Of a stretch of DNA of 64,000 nt, positions 19,076 through 28,530 are shown piece after piece; the stretch's first letter is position 1; each line of letters starts with the position of its first letter. The position numbers and the translations under genes were made by a program. The stretch spans positions 640,001 to 704,000 of the forward strand of contig OY970323.1 in NCBI GenBank assembly GCA_963716985.1, in the 5' to 3' direction. This stretch comes from an uncultured bacterium. Its GTDB lineage: Bacteria; Chlamydiota; Chlamydiia; Chlamydiales; SM23-39. The notes beneath the pieces were generated by a model. It was given only the letters and a program-made list of their open reading frames with translations, had not been told where the DNA came from and made no database searches.

Positions 19076-20614
19076 ATGAAAACAACACAAATTCTAGATC
19101 CTGCACAACTTCAAAACCAGATCGAAATTCTGCGAGTTGAAAATCTCGATTTGTGCAATACAGTGGCTTATCTCACACAACAACTCGACTGGTTCAAGCG
19201 CCAAATCTTCGGTAAAAAATCAGAGCGCATTATCTCAGATCTCAATGGAGAACAGCTACTGCTTGAAGGTCTCGATGCAAAAGATCTGCAGAGCAAAGAA
19301 GAAACTCAAACAGTCCCTGCTCATCAACGTCGTAAACCTAAGCGCAATGGCCAAGATGCGATCACTTTGGATCCCAACCTTCCCGTTAAAACCATTGTTC
19401 TCGATGTTCCCGAAGAGCAAAAAGTCTGTCAGGAAACAGGAACTCCTCTCGTCAAGATCGGTGAAGAGGTTACTCACAAATTAGCTCACGAGCCGGGGAG
19501 CTATTATATCAAAGAAACCATCCGTCCCAAATATGCCCATCCTCAAAAACCTGAAGACGGCGTTCTGACAGCCTTGTTACCCGACAGCATACTCTCTAAA
19601 TGCCAAGCTGATGACAGTCTTCTCGCAGAAATTGTTACCCAAAAATTCGTTGATCATCTCCCTCTGTATCGCATCACCGAAATACTGGGTCGTCAAGGGG
19701 TTGGCATCAGCCGTAAGCTTCTCTCCCAATGGGTGATTCGCTGCGGTATGGCTCTCAAACCCCTCTATGAAGTCATGGTTTGCCAGATTCTTGAGAGCGA
19801 AAATGTTTTCATCGATGAAAGCCCAGTCAAATTACAAGCAAAAGACCAGTGCGATACAGCCTATATGTGGGTGATTGTCGGAGGAATCTCTTCAAATCCT
19901 GCCTACAGGGTCTATGATTTTCGAACGAACCGCCGTCATGAGAACGTCCTCGATATTCTTCAGGGATATCGCGGGTTTTTGCACTCAGATAAATATGGCG
20001 CCTACCAACGGTTGGCCGAGAAGAAGGTGATCACATGGTGTCCTTGTTGGAGCCATATTCGAAGAAAATTCTTCGATGCTGAATCGGGAGATTTACCATT
20101 TCGCGATTGGGTTCTTCGAAAAATCCGATATCTCTTCATGTTGGAGAAAGTCGCCTGGGCCCGGACATCTGAAGAGCGCCTGCAGATCCGCCAAGAAAAA
20201 GAAATTCCAATTATCGATGAGTTGATCGAGAAGATCAAAACACGACTTATGGACGGGAAGCTCTTGCCCAAATCAAAATTTCGCGAGGCGCTTGGGTATT
20301 TTTGCGGCCTGATTCCCTATTTAAAAAATTACACCAAGCACGCTTTTGCTCGTCTTGATAATAATGTAGCCGAAAGGGCCGTTCGTCCTCTCGCTATTGG
20401 CCGAAAAAACTGGCTCTTTTTCGGGAGTGAAGATGGCGGCGAAGCCGCTGCAATTTTACTCTCATTAGTACAAACTTGCCGAGGGTTGCAGATAAATCCA
20501 AGAGAATATCTAGAAGATGTGTTCCGGAGACTGATAGGGCACGCCGCTCAGAAGCTCGAGGAACTCTTGCCTGATCGATGGTTTGCCGCTCGTCAACAGT
20601 CGAAAAAGCAATAG
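19076..20614 (+). CDS. tnpC: IS66 transposase TnpC
   Basis: FGKKSER, KFVDHLPLYR, IDESPV, SDKYGAY, CWSHIRRKF and DNNVAERAVRPLAIGRKNWLF motifs. Confidence 0.97.
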   Translation: MKTTQILDPAQLQNQIEILRVENLDLCNTVAYLTQQLDWFKRQIFGKKSERIISDLNGEQLLLEGLDAKDLQSKEETQTVPAHQRRKPKRNGQDAITLDPNLPVKTIVLDVPEEQKVCQETGTPLVKIGEEVTHKLAHEPGSYYIKETIRPKYAHPQKPEDGVLTALLPDSILSKCQADDSLLAEIVTQKFVDHLPLYRITEILGRQGVGISRKLLSQWVIRCGMALKPLYEVMVCQILESENVFIDESPVKLQAKDQCDTAYMWVIVGGISSNPAYRVYDFRTNRRHENVLDILQGYRGFLHSDKYGAYQRLAEKKVITWCPCWSHIRRKFFDAESGDLPFRDWVLRKIRYLFMLEKVAWARTSEERLQIRQEKEIPIIDELIEKIKTRLMDGKLLPKSKFREALGYFCGLIPYLKNYTKHAFARLDNNVAERAVRPLAIGRKNWLFFGSEDGGEAAAILLSLVQTCRGLQINPREYLEDVFRRLIGHAAQKLEELLPDRWFAARQQSKKQ

Positions 20615-20638
20615 CTGATCTTCAATGATCAGCTATTG
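20609..20638. terminator. Hairpin between convergent tnpC and the second tnpA
   Basis: CAATAGCTGATC-TTCAAT-GATCAGCTATTG, a 12-bp perfect stem. Confidence 0.6.
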
Positions 20639-20676
20639 GCTCTATTCATCTTTTCAATCCTGGCTTTTCACAACTA

Positions 20677-20985
20677 CTAACATTGGGTTTTTCGCAGTGC
20701 TGATAAGCAATTTTTCAAGATGGCAAGATCGAAGCATTCATCGAGATGAATGCGAACGCCCCGATATTCGATGGAGACTCCGGGTGTCGTAGGTGCATTA
20801 GGTTTCTTGCAAGACGATCGGCGTATCGAAGTTTTTGAGGAAAGGCAATCTTTCCAATAAACAAATGTACTATGAGCAATTTGATGTTTTCGACACCAGC
20901 TTGTAGCATTAAGACCGCTGTTTCTTTGTTGGCGAATGTTTTCTGTCCATTCGGCTAGTTTTTCTGATGAAATAGGTTCGAACAT
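20677..20985 (-). CDS. Second, inverted IS66 TnpA-like protein
   Basis: QRNSGLNATSWCRKHQIAHSTFVYW...PGVSIEYRG...FDLAILKNCLSALRKTQC aligns along its length with the 18372-18686 protein; AAGGAG RBS. Confidence 0.82.
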   Translation of the reverse strand: MFEPISSEKLAEWTENIRQQRNSGLNATSWCRKHQIAHSTFVYWKDCLSSKTSIRRSSCKKPNAPTTPGVSIEYRGVRIHLDECFDLAILKNCLSALRKTQC

Positions 20986-21541
20986 AGAGACTCCTTGGTT
21001 TAAAAAGACAAAGAGAGCCATGACTCAGAAATAGGAAAAAGATGGGTAGATTAGACGGTTACAGATAATGTGGGAGTATTTTTGAAGTATGCTCATGAGT
21101 GTCTCAGGTGGTTAGCACAAGCATTATCCATATTTTTTGGCACAGGCTGGCAGGAAGCAAAGTTTAAGCCGATCTTGGAATATGTAAAAAAAGAGCAAGA
21201 GAAAGTTCAAGAAGATTGGCTTTTAGTGGAACTATTGCAACGAGATGTTACTTGGCTGGAGGAAATTCGGGACTTACGGAACGTCGAGGACCATAAATTG
21301 TACAAGCGTGAAAAAAAGGATTCGTTTTTCGTAAACTACACTCTTTCTAAGGACGGGGAACTGGTTCGGCCAAAACTATACGATGGAAAAGAGGTGCTTG
21401 CTTTTTTGACGGTTGCGGTTGAACGGCTTTTTCTCTTTAGTGAGCTACTGATAGTTTCCACGATAGAGATATATCTTTCCGAGCCTATAACGATTGAAGA
21501 AATTCCCGTTGAGAAGAGAAAAAAAGAATGCCCAAAACGCT

Positions 21542-22900
21542 TTAAGCACGGCCTCGGTTCTCAACAAATTTCTTCTGAGGATCAAAAGGATTAGTGGACA
21601 CCTCTCCAATCAGCCCTTCTTCAACCATTTTCTTAAGCCGAGTCCGCGTTGCACGATCAGAGATTTTCCAAAGAAGAGCTGCATCTTTGGGAGTGATTTC
21701 CTTCTTTCTAGCAACTAAGTCCATCAGCTCCTTTTTCCATCCACTGATGATAGGTTTCGTCTCTTTGCGATTATAGAGGGTAACACGAAAGAAATGGCCC
21801 AGTTCTTCAAATCGAGGAATAGTTATTCCCGATTTTTGACATTGAGAGATCATCCGCCTTAACCCTGAGCCCCACAACTCAATCAACTCGAGTTCTCGAA
21901 AACAGCGGCCAATTACTCTATTTCTCAGCTGAGAGACCCCTTGAAGTGCGTCTTGTAGATTCAGCCCAAAAGGCAATGCTCCCGGATTCGTAATCTCAAT
22001 TCGATCATCGAAAATAGCAACCTGAATTTGACTTCCGACAGCGCTATAATCGGTATGAATCAGAGCATTTGTTACGGCCTCTTTCACTACAACAGGTGGG
22101 TATTCTGCAATATTTTTGCGAATTGAAGGACCGATCTCAGCACTTAGCCTAGTATTGCGGTGGACAAATGCCATGATTTTATCGAGAGCTAAAGGAAGAT
22201 ACTCATCAACGTCTTGATGATCCAACGCTTCATCCTTCGTTACCCCTAAAAAACGCACACACCGAACAACTGCATTAGGAAAGATCTCCTTGCGATTTTT
22301 GCCGAAAAGCAAGATTGCTCCTTTGCTTGGAATTAGCTTAAACTGCTTTTTCAAATACAAATGGAAAGATAGTGCTGCAGATTCTTCGAATTTCTTGCCC
22401 ACTTTCTTAAAGCAAGCCTTGATGGTATCCAGATCGAGATCTTGAATAGAGCAGCCAGTGGATGGCATTTCATCAAAACATTCGTTTTCTCCCAATCTTT
22501 GTAATTCGGCTAATATCGCCGCATCTACCAATCGATTGGTAGAGCCCAGACGAATGTAAGTGCCCTTTTTCAGCCCTTTGGATTTGGCATAGTAAGGCCC
22601 AATGCTATGGGGAACTTGAACCAGCAGAAATTCCTTGTTTCTCCATGAAACAACATGAATATCCGGATTGAAAAGTGGCTCTATAGAGTCTGCAATGGCA
22701 TTTGCCAGCCGCATTTCGTCTGCGACTGGATCTTCCAATCCCACGATCTCTTTCGTCTTATCCTTGACTCCAATAAGAATCTTTCCGCCAGCGGTATTTG
22801 CAAAAGCGATGATGGTATGAATGATCCGATCAAGGCTCTTGCTATTTTCCTTAAATTCCAGGGTTTTTCCCTCTTCCTGTTGGAGCAACTCTTCTATCAT
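21542..22900 (-). CDS. AlbA_2 (Schlafen-like) domain + RecG-C-terminal-like ATPase-fold domain + HTH transcriptional regulator
   Basis: EGKTLEFKE, IAFANTAGGKILIGVKD, EAVTNALIHTDY, DRIEITNPGAL, RNRVI and GSGLRRM motifs. Confidence 0.88.
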   Translation of the reverse strand: MIEELLQQEEGKTLEFKENSKSLDRIIHTIIAFANTAGGKILIGVKDKTKEIVGLEDPVADEMRLANAIADSIEPLFNPDIHVVSWRNKEFLLVQVPHSIGPYYAKSKGLKKGTYIRLGSTNRLVDAAILAELQRLGENECFDEMPSTGCSIQDLDLDTIKACFKKVGKKFEESAALSFHLYLKKQFKLIPSKGAILLFGKNRKEIFPNAVVRCVRFLGVTKDEALDHQDVDEYLPLALDKIMAFVHRNTRLSAEIGPSIRKNIAEYPPVVVKEAVTNALIHTDYSAVGSQIQVAIFDDRIEITNPGALPFGLNLQDALQGVSQLRNRVIGRCFRELELIELWGSGLRRMISQCQKSGITIPRFEELGHFFRVTLYNRKETKPIISGWKKELMDLVARKKEITPKDAALLWKISDRATRTRLKKMVEEGLIGEVSTNPFDPQKKFVENRGRA

Positions 22901-22921
22901 AGATTTTTTCTCAAAATAAGT

Positions 22922-22969
22922 ACCCGGAAGATAACCCGGAAGCTACCCGGAAGTCAAGAACTTCCGGGT
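22922..22969. repeat. Three direct ACCCGGAAG repeats plus one inverted copy
   Basis: Copies at 22922, 22934 and 22945; inverted CTTCCGGGT at 22961-22969. Confidence 0.85.
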
Positions 22970-23621
22970 TCTTTGTGCCTGGCATGAATAAGACCTAATC
23001 GGTGAAAGTCCGATCGTAACCCAGAAAGGAGGGAATACGTAGACGAAGAGGCAAGGGTGTCCAAAGAAACCTTTACGAGCTGCTGAGAAACCAGACAAAA
23101 CAGAATCGAAAAAGGCCAATGCGGAATCTGAAAGAAGCCTAATCAAATTTGCCACCTAAACGAAAGTGAACCTTCGTAAGGCAGGAGAAGAGGGTGAGAT
23201 AGCTGACAGTATCAAAACCCAAAATCCTTTACGTATCCCTCTCAAGTAGTGAAGGTGGGTGGGCAAAGAAAGGGATTATTCTTACCCAGGGAGAATCCGT
23301 TGGGAAACCGGAGACATGTAACTACGACATAGATCTCCTAAGCACTACAGCGATGTGGATGTTACGGACCAAAGGATTTCGGATTCGGTCATAGTAGTCG
23401 TAAAACTGTGAGCCTAAGAGGGTGTGGTGACACACCTGAGGATAAAACTCATAGAAAGAGACGCGAGTCGAGGCGAAGGACCGAACATGTTAATGTGCAA
23501 ACTCTAACATCTGAAGCTATTGTTCTGAGATTTGAAGAAACCACCTCAATCCAAAAGAACATCGTAATGTTCCCGGAGGAAAGAGGAATCGACGAAAGAA
23601 CAATACAAAAGGAGAAGCGAA

Positions 23622-25136
23622 ATGAACAAGAGCAAGCAACTTGAATTTCAATTTCAAACAGATCTCTTCGAGCAGATCTGCGCACTTGAAACTCTCATGG
23701 AAGCTTTTAAATCCGTAAAACGGAATAAAGGGGCCCCTGGGATAGATGGAATTACCATCGAAAAGTACGAAGAAAATCTCGAAGAGAACCTGAAACAGCT
23801 CAAGGCAGAAGTTTTGAGTTGGATATATAAACCAACACCCGTAAAACGAGTGGAAATACCAAAACCAGGAGGAAAAGGGATCAGATTGCTCGGAATTCCT
23901 ATCGTAAAAGATAGAGTTCTCCACATGGCAATAAAGATGGTTTTAGAGCCCATCATAGATCCCACATTCTCAGAAAACAGTTTTGGATTTCGTCCTGGAA
24001 GGAACCAACAACAAGCGGTTCAACAAGCTCAGAAAATCGTGCTATCAGGAAAAGAGTATGTAGCGGACATAGATCTTTCGAAATTCTTCGATAGGATCAA
24101 CCACGACAGGCTCATCTACAGACTGAAAGGACACGTAAAAGACCCAAGAATTTTAAAGCTAATCGGAATGATCTTGCGCGGAGGAGTCATGATAGATGGG
24201 GTTAAAACTCCATCAGAAGAAGGATCTGTACAAGGCAGTCCATTAAGCCCGCTCTTGAGTAACGTTGTCTTGGATGAATTAGATAAAGAACTGGAAAAGC
24301 GCAACCTGGAGTTCTGCCGTTTCGCTGATGATTGCAACATATTTGCAAAATCACAGAGAGCAGCAGAGAGAATCATGCAATCGATAAAGAAATTTATCGA
24401 AAAGAAACTCAAACTCAAGGTCAATGAAGAAAAGAGCAAAACCAGAAAATCGAAAGAAGTAAAATTTCTAGGCATGACGATCATCGAAGGAACAATAACC
24501 ATCGCCAAAGCCGCTTATGATAAGGCAATGGAGAAGGTGAGAAGTATGATTCCTAGAGGATCCCACCTACCCATTGAGAAAGCCATGAAAGAAGTAAACA
24601 CATGGTATCAGGGATGGGCATCTTACTTCAAGATGACCCAATACCCTTCTCAACTGAGGGGGATAGAGGCTCATATCAGGAGAAGATTTAGAGCCCGAAT
24701 CATTTATCCTAAAAACGGCAGTTGAACCGCTCTGCATGACCTGAAAATTGTAAATTTCTCTCTCAGAAATAAATTCTATCTTGAACTTTCACGCCCACCC
24801 AATAGGTGAGTGGATAAATTTGAGCAATAACATTGATTTTTAGAGGAGAATCGCGAAAGTTTTGATTGTGCGGAGCGGTTCAACTGCCGTTTTTAGGTTT
24901 ATCAGCAAAAGAAGAAAAGAAATCTTCTTTCGTTGCTGCTGAAAAGAGGAATAGAGAAGAAAAGGGCAGGTAAAACGGTATACTCCAACCGAGGCACTTG
25001 GAATCTGTCTCATACAGCAGTCCTAGATAAAGCTTTTTCGGTAAGATGGTTTATAGAACAAGCAGGACAAATAATAATTTCCAACGTAACAATGAGACAT
25101 TGGTTCGAGATTGAGAAATGGGTAAAATTAACATGA
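23622..25136 (+). pseudogene. ltrA: Group II intron reverse transcriptase/maturase, interrupted by a MITE
   Basis: NKGAPGIDG, IPKPGGKGIRLLGIP, GFRPGR, DLSKFFDRINH, QGSPLSPLLSN and RFADD motifs. Removing the MITE and one TTTAT copy restores ...RARIIYQQKKKRNL...WVKLT* (~439 aa, no endonuclease domain). Confidence 0.92.
24708..24897. mobile_element. 190-bp MITE with 5-bp TSD
   Basis: TIRs CCTAAAAACGGCAGTTGAACCGCTC and GAGCGGTTCAACTGCCGTTTTTAGG; TSD TTTAT at 24703-24707 and 24898-24902. Confidence 0.92.
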
Positions 25137-25224
25137 AGAGCCGTGTACGGACCCGTACGCATGGTTCTGTGAGAGGACGGAGCCCAAAGAGGGCTCCTCC
25201 TACTCGGCCCTCAGGGCAATCGCA

Positions 25225-25410
25225 TTAAAAAATGAGTTTCTTCAGTATAAGCAATGGACTAGCCAAAAGCTTTGACCAGTCAAAAGTTCTGAATCCGTCC
25301 AGTCGCCCCCATTCTCATGGACGATTCTTGAATTCCAGCATCGTTAAGAAGGGTTCTCTCACTTGTACTGAGAGATTCATGCCATTCAACTGCAAGTACT
25401 GAATGCGTTC
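25225..25410 (-). pseudogene. C-terminal relic of a large serine recombinase, spanning an attP-like tRNA-Tyr T-arm core
   Basis: Minus-strand ...LQLNGMNLSVQVREPFLTMLEFKNRP*EWGRLDGFRTFDWSKLL...IF*; overlaps plus-strand GTCCAGTCGCCCCCA. Confidence 0.65.
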
Positions 25411-25415
25411 AGCCA

Positions 25416-25517
25416 CTAGTGCTCTGCCATTCTTTAATTTTAGGATAAATTGACTTGAGTTTATGCCGACCGTTGCCAAACTTATAATCCTAAATTTTAA
25501 CTATGACAGAGCACTAG
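25416..25517 (+). mobile_element. 102-bp MITE, copy 2
   Basis: Identical to 18211-18312; CTAG at both ends. Confidence 0.9.
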
Positions 25518-25532
25518 TGCCACTTCGGTGGA

Positions 25533-26343
25533 CTAGAACAAACTACAGGCGTTCACCGAATATAAAAAAGCTTTAATGACAGCGGAAAAACGCTCGGGCT
25601 GATCATAAGGGATCCCATGACCCGCTTCTACGATCTGTGCGATCTCCAAGCGTTGATTGAGTCTAGCAAGTTCTGCGGCTACCACAGGAGAAACAACTCC
25701 GCCAACACCACCGATGACGAGCAAGGCAGGAATAGCGAGAGTATTAATTAGCTGCCTATAGTCGGGATTTGGCGGGGTCAAAATTTCAAAGGCATGAATG
25801 CTGGTTTGAAATCTTGCCTGAGCGAATAATTCAATGAGCTCGGATGAGCGGTGTTTCTGTCGAATTCGAAGTTCAGCCAAGAAATCTTCCTTTGATTGAT
25901 CGAGGATTCGGCGATGTTGATCCGCGACATCACTCTCGTGAACTTCTCGCTGACGTTGTGGTGTCAGAAAGGTTGGATCAACCAAGACAAGCCCTCGCAG
26001 TTGCTTGGGATTTCGACTAGCGGCCAGAGCCGCGGTCATGCCTCCCATAGAATGGCCAAGTAGTACTGGGTTGGTGAGGCTGAGAGCTTCGATAAGGTTC
26101 AAGACATCGGCGGCAAGTGTGTTATAGGAGTAGCCTTGGTTCGGGGCGCTGGAGTTCCCGTGACCTCTGGCATCCGGCATGACCACATCGTAATCTTCCT
26201 CCAGTGCTCTTGCCAAAGGAATCCAACGCTCCATTCGTCGTTAGTCCATGCAGCAAAACTACAGGTTGTTTGTCGCCGCCGGTTCGGAGGTAGTGTATGG
26301 TAATCCCATTTGCTTCACAGGTCCCCGTTGTCCATCTAGCCAT
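25533..26343 (-). pseudogene. Alpha/beta hydrolase, frameshifted
   Basis: PVVLLHG lies in one frame; DARGHGNS, GHSMGG and AGH lie in another. The frameshift is near 26225-26232. Confidence 0.85.
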
Positions 26344-26375
26344 TGCTTCCTCTGTAGATCCAAGACATAGCTCTT

Positions 26376-27228
26376 TTATGACTTGGGTAGCTTACCAGAT
26401 TCTACAATTAGTTTTTTCTCTTCTGATTTTACGCGGCGTTCGAGTTTTTTGAGGTCTTCTTCTGGAGGAAGATTTTCTGGTTTGATACCGCGCTGTCCGA
26501 GCATAGAGCGGACGCTTTCATTATTTTGAACATGCTCATTTGCTATAGCCGTTTCTCCATGTAAATCATCCTGCGATACATTGTGATTAGTCATTTCTGT
26601 CGCTAAATTTTTTGCGGCGATAGTCAGTGTAGGTAAAAAATCTGCTAACGGGCGACACTGTGTAATCCCATATTTGTTCTTCATGGTCTGCGTGCAATGA
26701 CCTCCAAAAAGAGCCTGATCGCCCTTAGAGCGAATTCGTCCAAAGCCAGGCTCGTCTACGCCGCGCTCAAATATTTTGAGAAAGAGTTTTTTCAGCCTCC
26801 CTCAGTTTTTCTCTGGTCTCTAATCTGGCTTGCAAGAGCATGCGACTTTCGATCAATTCCTGTTTGCGTGTTTGAATGGCAAAGTAGCTCTGGGCAAAAG
26901 CGATGGGTTCTTTGCGAGAGTCTCCGTTTTGAGCGATCAGATAGCAGGCATAGCGGGTTAACATGAAGTCTTCAATGGCCCGTTCTGCTCCCTTGCCGAG
27001 ACTGATCATTTTCCTGACGCCACGAAAATGATCGTTCGGATCGCAGCCAGTTGTTTTACAAGACTCTATGGCGCGCATAATCGTGGTGAGAAAGTTTTCC
27101 CACTTCGCATAACCCAATGGCTCTTGCAAGTCTCTAGCAAACCAAAATTCAATGCTTTCTTCGGGAAGCATTTGTGCTAGACTGTCAAAATGACTTTGCA
27201 ACTTTGTAATGATCTCGTTGTTAAACAT
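26376..27228 (-). pseudogene. dinD: DNA damage-inducible protein D, frameshifted
   Basis: EFWFARDLQ, LTRYACYLIAQNGD, AFAQSYFA; frameshift at SQNI(Y)ERGVD (~26769); then RSKGDQALFGG...RPLADFLPT...PENLPPEED. Confidence 0.88.
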
Positions 27229-27289
27229 GGCAATGACCTGTTGGAATAAAATTTTTTGAAGAAATCATAGCGGAAAGAGACAAAACTCT

Positions 27290-27362
27290 CCAATCAAAAG
27301 TTCTGAATTCGTCCAACCGCCCCCAATAAAAAAAGGCCCCGCAAAAGCGTTTTTTTATTTTT
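27290..27362 (+). repeat. att-like site type B (recombinase tail + tRNA-Tyr 3' 15-mer) and truncated trailer
   Basis: CAAAAGTTCTGAATTC-GTCCAACCGCCCCCA; the minus strand reads WGRLDEFRTFDW. Confidence 0.8.
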
Positions 27363-27418
27363 CAGATGCCACCAACGCAGAAGGGGGTATCTGAACTGTT
27401 ACCGAATAGCTTGAAGGA

Positions 27419-28504
27419 TTAGAATTCTTTTCCGAGCAATAAAAGCATGGTGACATCGTCTACTAGACCTGGCTGATAGAGATTCAGCGTTCTATGCTGT
27501 ATTTTTGGGGATGAGAAGTCAATTTTTTTCAAGTCCACGTAAAATGTTTCACTCTGGGTGGGCTGGAGAAAATATTTTAAATTTTTATTATCCCTAATAG
27601 CGATCCACCAAGTGGGAAATGATTTTTCGTTGGGATTAGTGGGATCATAAGGAGAACTAAGGGATCCCGGTGGTTCCACTACGGTGTCAATCATCGAAAA
27701 AACAGCAGCGATGGCCTTGGCTGTGTTAGAAACATTATCCTGCGGTAGAGTTTTAAGAAAGGCAGCCAACCGCACAAATCTTGATTCACTATCAACATCT
27801 CCCGGAAGAGGCAGAAGATTGGGGTTGCAATCTGTAACGGGAAAAACGGGAGGGTTGAAATAGCAGTAATGAGCTAAATTTGCAACCTGATCGGAATACT
27901 TGGGTTCATTCGTCGTAACAGCTGGACCATTAGGTGGACCAATAGGACGGATAATCGGGGTGGGCGGTGAGGTGAATTCAATAAGTGCTGAATCGCCGGT
28001 GGCGTCATGCAGTGTTACGTGCACAGGCAAAACGAAATAATCGATGACATCTCCAAAGATGTTAAGGGTTGCTATTGCAGACACAGCTTCCGCAACCGTT
28101 GCAAAATTATCCAGAATGTAGCGCGACAAATAACTTACGGCGAGTACAGGGTTTCCTGCTGCAGGTAATGGATAAGTTGCACCTTCGAACCACAACGTGG
28201 CAACAGACAATCCTTTTTCGTTTATCCCATCAACCACAGCAAGAGGTTGAATAGTGGCGCCGCTTACGACTACACTTCCATAGCGCGATACCCACTGCAG
28301 AGGTGGAAGAGAAGGGTGAGCAGGATCAGAGGGAGACGTGTTGCTAAGTCCCCTTGGATTCAACACAATATTCGTGGGAGGTTGGAATGAAAGATCTAAG
28401 GTTCTCGCAGAAACGACAACATTGTTATTAGCAATGGTGACCTCAGAGCAGGCAAATAGCTGAAAATCTGCAAAAAAAAGTAACCCAAAACAAAGGAACT
28501 TCAT
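27419..28504 (-). CDS. Choloylglycine hydrolase / penicillin V acylase family (Ntn hydrolase), probably exported; start uncertain
   Basis: Signal-like MKFLCFGLLFFADFQLFA followed by the nucleophile CSEV; ARTLD, DGINEKGL, HDATGDS, TNEP and LPGDVDSESRF motifs. Confidence 0.88.
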   Translation of the reverse strand: MKFLCFGLLFFADFQLFACSEVTIANNNVVVSARTLDLSFQPPTNIVLNPRGLSNTSPSDPAHPSLPPLQWVSRYGSVVVSGATIQPLAVVDGINEKGLSVATLWFEGATYPLPAAGNPVLAVSYLSRYILDNFATVAEAVSAIATLNIFGDVIDYFVLPVHVTLHDATGDSALIEFTSPPTPIIRPIGPPNGPAVTTNEPKYSDQVANLAHYCYFNPPVFPVTDCNPNLLPLPGDVDSESRFVRLAAFLKTLPQDNVSNTAKAIAAVFSMIDTVVEPPGSLSSPYDPTNPNEKSFPTWWIAIRDNKNLKYFLQPTQSETFYVDLKKIDFSSPKIQHRTLNLYQPGLVDDVTMLLLLGKEF

Positions 28505-28530
28505 ATTCCGAAATAAGTTGTACATATTAC

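Larger units (their letters stand above)
18198..21062 (+). mobile_element. IS66-family insertion sequence
   Basis: 8-bp TSD AGATAATG (18190-18197, 21063-21070). TIRs GTAAGCGTCTAATCTAGCCATCTTTTT (after removing the MITE) and GTAACCGTCTAATCTACCCATCTTTTT. Carries tnpA, tnpB and tnpC. Confidence 0.95.
17909..21594 (+). pseudogene. ~270-aa gene with an RxxxxH (HEPN-like) motif, interrupted by IS66
   Basis: Removing the IS and one AGATAATG copy joins ...ALKLDN to VGVFLKYAHE... in frame (17909-18197 + 21071-21594). Contains WLEEIRDLRNVEDHK. Confidence 0.8.
22975..25208 (+). mobile_element. Group II intron (short DV; bacterial class C/E-like); ends approximate
   Basis: 5' GTGCCTGGCATG; RT ORF in DIV; DV GAGCCGTGTACGGACCCGTACGCATGGTTC; DVI GAGAGGACGGAGCCC...GGGCTCCTCCTACTCGGC. 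Confidence 0.88.

Noticed and set aside
23408..23924. Short ORFs in the intron 5' region and antisense to the RT
   Set aside because: They lie in ribozyme domains or are antisense shadows.
23622..25136. RT as a retron, DGR or defence-associated RT
   Set aside because: It has group II intron RT0-7 and X motifs and is followed directly by DV/DVI; no template/variable repeat pair or msr-msd was seen.
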